From IMG/VR virus record IMGVR_UViG_2648501437_000008: a stretch of DNA of 11,419 nt; one strand, 5' to 3'. Position 1 is the stretch's first letter. Each line of letters begins with the position of its first letter. Shown here in pieces: positions 7,557-11,419 of the stretch. The notes under the pieces are model-generated. The model was not told where the DNA came from and ran no database searches. It saw only the letters and a program-made list of their open reading frames with translations. Origin of the DNA: a virus (Duplodnaviria > Heunggongvirae > Uroviricota > Caudoviricetes). A program made the position numbers and the translations under genes.

Positions 7557-10500
7557 CGTCCACCTCCGGAGAACAGGCCACCATCACGCATCTGTGTCTG
7601 AATTTCATCACGGGCACCCTTGCGGGCCATGTCATACACCGCCTTCAGAGCAGCCGGACCTATCTGCCCGTTCGTGCCGTCGTTGTTAATCACCACATGG
7701 TTATTCTGCTCAAACATCGCCATACCTGAACCACCAATATTTGCCACAACCCCCAGCTTACCGTCAGCACCACGGCGCAGTGGCAGAATGGCTTCAGGTC
7801 CCGCTTCCCCCATCACACCCGCGCCTTTTGCAAAAGCAAAAAACGTCGGTCGGTTAACCACCGTGCCGCTGTAGCGACTCAAATCAGCCGACTGATAAAC
7901 GCCACCATCAGCATTGGGCGTCACACTGGCAGCGGCAGCACTCCCCCAGCCAAACGCCGAACCAATCCCCTTCACCGCCTGCATCATGGCCATCTGCGCC
8001 ATAATTTTTGCCAGATCGGAAAGGAGTGAGGCGGTAAAAGATTTGAAGTTCAGTTTTCCGGTGGTACAGAAGGTCGCCAGTGCATTACCAGCACTGTTAA
8101 ATGCCGCTGTAAGCATCTGCTCAGCAGTGCCTGCCGCATTATCCGCATCTGCCGTGAAATTCTGAAACGCCCGCATGGCACCGTTTTTCCAGTTACCCTG
8201 AGCAATTTCAAGCTGTTGCCAGTAACGGCGATTCTCATTCAGTTGTCGGTTCAGGCTCTCCGTCAGCGCCTGCTCGGCCTTTCTGTAGTCATCCGTGTTA
8301 TATGTCCCTTTCTGCTCACTATCCCGCCTCAACTGCTCCAGCTGTTGCTGGTATTTCTGGCGAAGACTCAGTTGTACCTGATATCGCTGCCGCTGCTGAT
8401 CACCCATACCCACCGTGGCGATATCCAGGTCATGTTGCTGACGCTGAGCGCGCTCTTCTTCAGCCAGTTGACTGGTCAGCTGAATTGTTTTTTTCTTCAG
8501 ATCGTTGAGTGCCGTCTGTTTCTGAAGCTCCTGCTGTTTTACATCCAGCAGCGTCAGTGCCTGAATCAGTTCATCTTTACTGGCCAGCACACTCTTTTCA
8601 TCTGCCGTCAGTTTTTTCCCGTCCAGGTCGCTGATGCGCTGCTGCAGAGCCAGAAGCTGTTTATGCGCTTCTGTCATCCTTTCCGTGGCAATGCCTGCTG
8701 ACTGTCTGGCAGCAGCAATCTGTCCTTCCACCTGTGCCTGTTGCTGACTGTACTGCAGCAATAACCGGGTGGCCTCATCATTACGGGTTTCGCGTGTTTT
8801 TTTCTTACCGGATGCCAGGGCTTTCTCGTAACGTTCATTTTCACGTTGTATCGCCGCATCCCTGACAGCCTGATCGGCGTACTGCATGGCATTAATACGC
8901 GCAATTTCACGCTGATGTCGTGCTGCTTCCGTTTCATTCATCCGGTTCAGTGCAGCATTTTCAGCATTACGGCGTTTCTGTTGCTCCTGATAATTCCGCT
9001 CTGCCTGCTCTTTTGCATCCTGCAAATCCTTCTGGCGTTTTTTCTCCTGAAGATCGTTAAGACGCTGCTGATCGTATTCAACCTGAGAAGATGATGCCGT
9101 CCAGGGGAGTCTTTTCGCCCGCGACACTTTCTCCTGTAAAGCGGCAATCTGTTCATCCAGCGAGTCTTCACGACCAATATTCATGGCCGCATCCCAGAAA
9201 CGACTCCATAAATCAGACAGATACTTCAGCGTACTGCCCAGCGCATTGAGGTTATTATCAATATCCGCAGTACGCCGACCGGTTTCCTCTGCCAGTGCAG
9301 ACATGGCTATCCGTGCCGCATCACTGGACCGCCCCTGATCCCCAAGGACGCGTATCTGCTCAAGCTGAGTGGCAGTAAGAAAATGCAGCTCATTGTCCAG
9401 AGCCTTCGCGGCATTTACAGGATCATCCTTCAGCCGCTTAAACTGATTTATGGTATCGCTGACCGACTGGCCAACCGATCGCTCCATCTGTGCGGCAGCT
9501 CTCGCCACCATACCGATATCGTTTCCACGAAATGCACCACTCCCCACCACCTGAGCCAGCGCACCGGCTGCAGCATGTTGCGTGATACCATTCCCGGAAA
9601 TAGCACGACTGAGCGTCCACAGCTGCCCGGCAGTGACTCCGGCATAATGCCCCGTCAGTGATAGCTGGCGGTTAAATTCTTCCCCCTCCTTCTGACCGTC
9701 ATACCAGGCTTTACCCAGACCATAGACGGCCGCGGCAATACCGCCAATAACCGCTCCTGGCATCATGCCTTTCGGTGACATCAGTGTGTCTATCCATCCG
9801 GCACGGTTAGCCAGCGTTATCCCGGATCCCCTCAGCGCTCCTAAATTGCCACGGGCCAGTTCACCTATCAGAACGCCTATCTCCTGGCGGGCTGCTGCAC
9901 TTTTCAGACCCAGCGAATGCGTGGCTTTTCCTGCCTGCTCCATTTTGCGGATATACACTTCTGCAGCACTGCTTACCCCTAGCTGGGCTGCCCTGGCACG
10001 AAGCAACTCAGAAGATGAAAGATTCTGGCGGGTTGCCTGCTCTTTAAGCTGACGGATAAACGCCACTTTCTGTCGGGTAGCCTCTTCCTCAGCCTGTGTA
10101 AGAACACGGGTTTTCGCAGTAACCTCAGAAATCAGCGCCAGATAATCCTGCTGGCCAATCCCGCCACTGTTTCTGGCCTGTCGGATCTGCTGCTGAATAC
10201 GCTGTAATTCCTGTAGCCCCGCACTGGCCTGTTTCACACTGTCAATCTGACGATAAAACGCAGCAGCCGCTTTATCCTGAGCCTCCGCCAGAGCCATGGC
10301 CTGCGCCTGTTCCTCGCGCATTTTCTGGCTCAGTGCCTCCATGCGCTGGCGGGTTTTCTCCACCTCGCGGGCCATGCGTTCATGAGCCTGTGCGTTCTTC
10401 TCCACCGTCTGCGCATGGACGGATGCGGCTGTTGCAGCCGAAGAAGCCGCCTGCGTTGTCTGCCTGGCGGCCTGAGTCTGACGCTCCATAAAACGCTGCA

Positions 10501-10627
10501 TACGGGCAGAAGACCGTTCTGCATCGCTGGCTGCACCATTCAGAAGGTTTTTGATACGGGGAATTTCATTTTTAAACTCTGCCGCATCAATCCCCAAATC
10601 AATGACCAGGTTGGCTATCTGGTCCAT
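7553..10627 (-). CDS. H: Tail length tape measure protein H, about 1024 aa (longer than lambda gpH)
   Basis: Start assigned to ATG 10627..10625 (MDQIANLVIDLGIDAAEF...) because GGAGG sits 8 nt upstream at 10640..10636. The track start at 10657 is a TTG and is rejected. The C-terminus FEQNNHVVINNDGTNGQIGPAALKAVYDMARKGARDEIQTQMRDGGLFSGGGR matches the lambda gpH C-terminus as recalled. The long Q/E/R/A-rich N-terminal half is predicted coiled coil and diverges from lambda. Confidence 0.88.
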   Translation of the reverse strand: MDQIANLVIDLGIDAAEFKNEIPRIKNLLNGAASDAERSSARMQRFMERQTQAARQTTQAASSAATAASVHAQTVEKNAQAHERMAREVEKTRQRMEALSQKMREEQAQAMALAEAQDKAAAAFYRQIDSVKQASAGLQELQRIQQQIRQARNSGGIGQQDYLALISEVTAKTRVLTQAEEEATRQKVAFIRQLKEQATRQNLSSSELLRARAAQLGVSSAAEVYIRKMEQAGKATHSLGLKSAAARQEIGVLIGELARGNLGALRGSGITLANRAGWIDTLMSPKGMMPGAVIGGIAAAVYGLGKAWYDGQKEGEEFNRQLSLTGHYAGVTAGQLWTLSRAISGNGITQHAAAGALAQVVGSGAFRGNDIGMVARAAAQMERSVGQSVSDTINQFKRLKDDPVNAAKALDNELHFLTATQLEQIRVLGDQGRSSDAARIAMSALAEETGRRTADIDNNLNALGSTLKYLSDLWSRFWDAAMNIGREDSLDEQIAALQEKVSRAKRLPWTASSSQVEYDQQRLNDLQEKKRQKDLQDAKEQAERNYQEQQKRRNAENAALNRMNETEAARHQREIARINAMQYADQAVRDAAIQRENERYEKALASGKKKTRETRNDEATRLLLQYSQQQAQVEGQIAAARQSAGIATERMTEAHKQLLALQQRISDLDGKKLTADEKSVLASKDELIQALTLLDVKQQELQKQTALNDLKKKTIQLTSQLAEEERAQRQQHDLDIATVGMGDQQRQRYQVQLSLRQKYQQQLEQLRRDSEQKGTYNTDDYRKAEQALTESLNRQLNENRRYWQQLEIAQGNWKNGAMRAFQNFTADADNAAGTAEQMLTAAFNSAGNALATFCTTGKLNFKSFTASLLSDLAKIMAQMAMMQAVKGIGSAFGWGSAAAASVTPNADGGVYQSADLSRYSGTVVNRPTFFAFAKGAGVMGEAGPEAILPLRRGADGKLGVVANIGGSGMAMFEQNNHVVINNDGTNGQIGPAALKAVYDMARKGARDEIQTQMRDGGLFSGGGR

Positions 10628-10949
10628 AACGCACACCTCCGGAAATACCTTCCCCAAGATGCATCAGTTCTTCGTCCGTTCGCTCCGGTATCCCGTTCTC
10701 TTCCGGTAAAAGGCTGAAATCAGCCACCGCAGCATCACTGCTGCCGGACACCATTCTCACGATCAATGCCTTCAGCGAGGCAAACTGCGCATCCATCCAC
10801 ACATCACTGAAGCTCTGCATCCGGAAATAATCGCCCCACTCACCAAGCTCAGTGGCCGACATTTCCGACAGCATCCGCCGCCAGTCTGCCCGCCGGAACT
10901 CCCGGGCAAGCCGCATGACAAACTGCATTTCCCGCGTCAGGACTTTTCC
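10599..10949 (-). CDS. T: T-frame portion of the G-T tail assembly chaperone fusion, reached by programmed -1 frameshift from G (no independent start assumed)
   Basis: The ORF in the -1 frame relative to G is open from 10961 to the stop at 10601..10599. It overlaps the last 8 codons of G and overlaps the H start by 27 nt. The frame relationship and position between G and H are exactly as in lambda G/G-T. Translation ...VLTREMQFVMRLAREFRRADWRRMLSEMSATELGEWGDYFR... is consistent with lambda T as recalled. Confidence 0.75.
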   Translation of the reverse strand, partial: GKVLTREMQFVMRLAREFRRADWRRMLSEMSATELGEWGDYFRMQSFSDVWMDAQFASLKALIVRMVSGSSDAAVADFSLLPEENGIPERTDEELMHLGEGISGGVRYGPDSQPGH

Positions 10950-11323
10950 GGCGTCAGCACCTCATGCTCCAGATCCCCGGCATTCTCAATGGCTCCCATA
11001 CCGCTCAGCGACAGAACCATCTCCGCCCCCGCTCCCAGGGCATCATACGACCATGTTGTAATAACGGATGCGCAAAGCGTCTCAACATCCTGAGACTGTT
11101 CCGCATTCCACAGTGAGCGGGAAACCAGCCAGGCATTGATATCCATCCCCATCCGCAGAAAAGCAATCTGTCGTTCAGCCTCCGGCAGTTCTCCCTCTTC
11201 GGCATCAAACTTTGCCGTTCGCTGCTGAACAAACGCCAGATATTCAATTCTCTGCAGCCCGGACAGCTCACTGAGCACCACGGACTGCTTTTCATAATTA
11301 AACGTGCCCTGTTTCAGAAACAT
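10937..11323 (-). CDS. G: Tail assembly chaperone G, about 128 aa
   Basis: Start assigned to ATG 11323..11321 (MFLKQGTFNYEKQSVVLSELSGLQRIEYLA...), which parallels the lambda gpG N-terminus MFLKTESFEHNGVTVTLSELSALQRIEHLA as recalled. The ORF is open further upstream (track start 11407), but that would add 28 residues with no lambda counterpart. TAA TGA stops in another frame at 11417..11412 are consistent with the V stop at the window edge and a ~90-nt V-G spacer as in lambda. Stop TGA at 10939..10937. Confidence 0.7.
   Translation of the reverse strand: MFLKQGTFNYEKQSVVLSELSGLQRIEYLAFVQQRTAKFDAEEGELPEAERQIAFLRMGMDINAWLVSRSLWNAEQSQDVETLCASVITTWSYDALGAGAEMVLSLSGMGAIENAGDLEHEVLTPEKS
10943..10949 (-). 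promoter_or_regulatory. Candidate -1 programmed ribosomal frameshift slippery heptamer G_GAA_AAG (G/GT recoding site)
   Basis: Minus-strand mRNA reads ...CUG ACG CCG GAA AAG UCC UGA in the G frame; the heptamer GGAAAAG lies two codons before the G stop. The -1 frame is open through this site into T. Lambda uses GGGAAAG at the equivalent place. Confidence 0.55.
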
Positions 11324-11419
11324 CGTAAGCGTCGTCTCAGCACCGTCTGGCAGATCCTGAAATTCCTGAGAGAATAGTGGACACCAAATATGGTGGACGC
11401 TATCCATGAAATCATTAAC

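Noticed and set aside
10628-10657. H start at 10657 as given in the ORF track
   Set aside because: The codon at 10657..10655 is TTG with no Shine-Dalgarno. The ATG at 10627 has a GGAGG 8 nt upstream and aligns with the lambda H N-terminus.
7203-10717. Assorted small ORFs on both strands inside H and M (for example 7295..7729, 8216..8701, 8674..8937, 9383..9661, 10382..10717)
   Set aside because: All fall inside the H/M coding region in other frames or antisense; they are short and low-complexity, consistent with chance ORFs.
10599-10928. T as an independently initiated 109-aa protein from the ATG at 10928
   Set aside because: In lambda T is made only as the G-T frameshift fusion. The T frame is open upstream of this ATG back to 10961, overlapping the end of G, and there is no Shine-Dalgarno before 10928.
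10937-11407. Longer 156-aa version of G starting at 11407, and the 11005..11295 minus-strand ORF
   Set aside because: The lambda-like N-terminus begins at 11323, and stops in another frame at the edge suggest V ends there. The 11005..11295 ORF is an alternative frame inside G.
1-11419. Searched by eye for CRISPR arrays, tRNA or rRNA genes, insertion-sequence terminal inverted repeats, integrase or attachment sites, reverse transcriptase or DGR template repeats, and toxin-antitoxin or defence-island genes
   Set aside because: None seen. The window is fully accounted for by contiguous tail genes with spacers of 65 nt or less, leaving no room for an additional cassette other than lom. The only repeats are the Gly-X-Y coding repeats in stf and the short hairpins listed.

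Overview
This window is a contiguous phage lambda-like (lambdoid) tail morphogenesis module, encoded entirely on the minus strand and truncated at both ends. Reading right to left on the + coordinates, the gene order is: (V stop probably at the right edge) - G - G-T (-1 frameshift) - H (tape measure) - M - L - K - I - J (tail tip / host specificity) - lom (outer membrane moron) - intrinsic terminator - stf (side tail fibre, 5' part only). Identities come from recognising the translated ORFs against phage lambda proteins from memory; no database search was run. Genes are tightly packed with ATGA-type overlaps and the conserved K/I overlap. All plus-strand ORFs in the track are judged to be shadow ORFs. 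I do not see a convincing novel defence or biosynthetic system here. The departures from canonical lambda worth a second look are: a G/T slippery heptamer GGAAAAG instead of GGGAAAG, a tape measure about 170 aa longer with a divergent coiled-coil N-terminal half, a J C-terminal receptor-binding region unlike lambda's, a collagen-like Gly-X-Y run in the tail fibre, and hairpins in the I-J and J-lom spacers.
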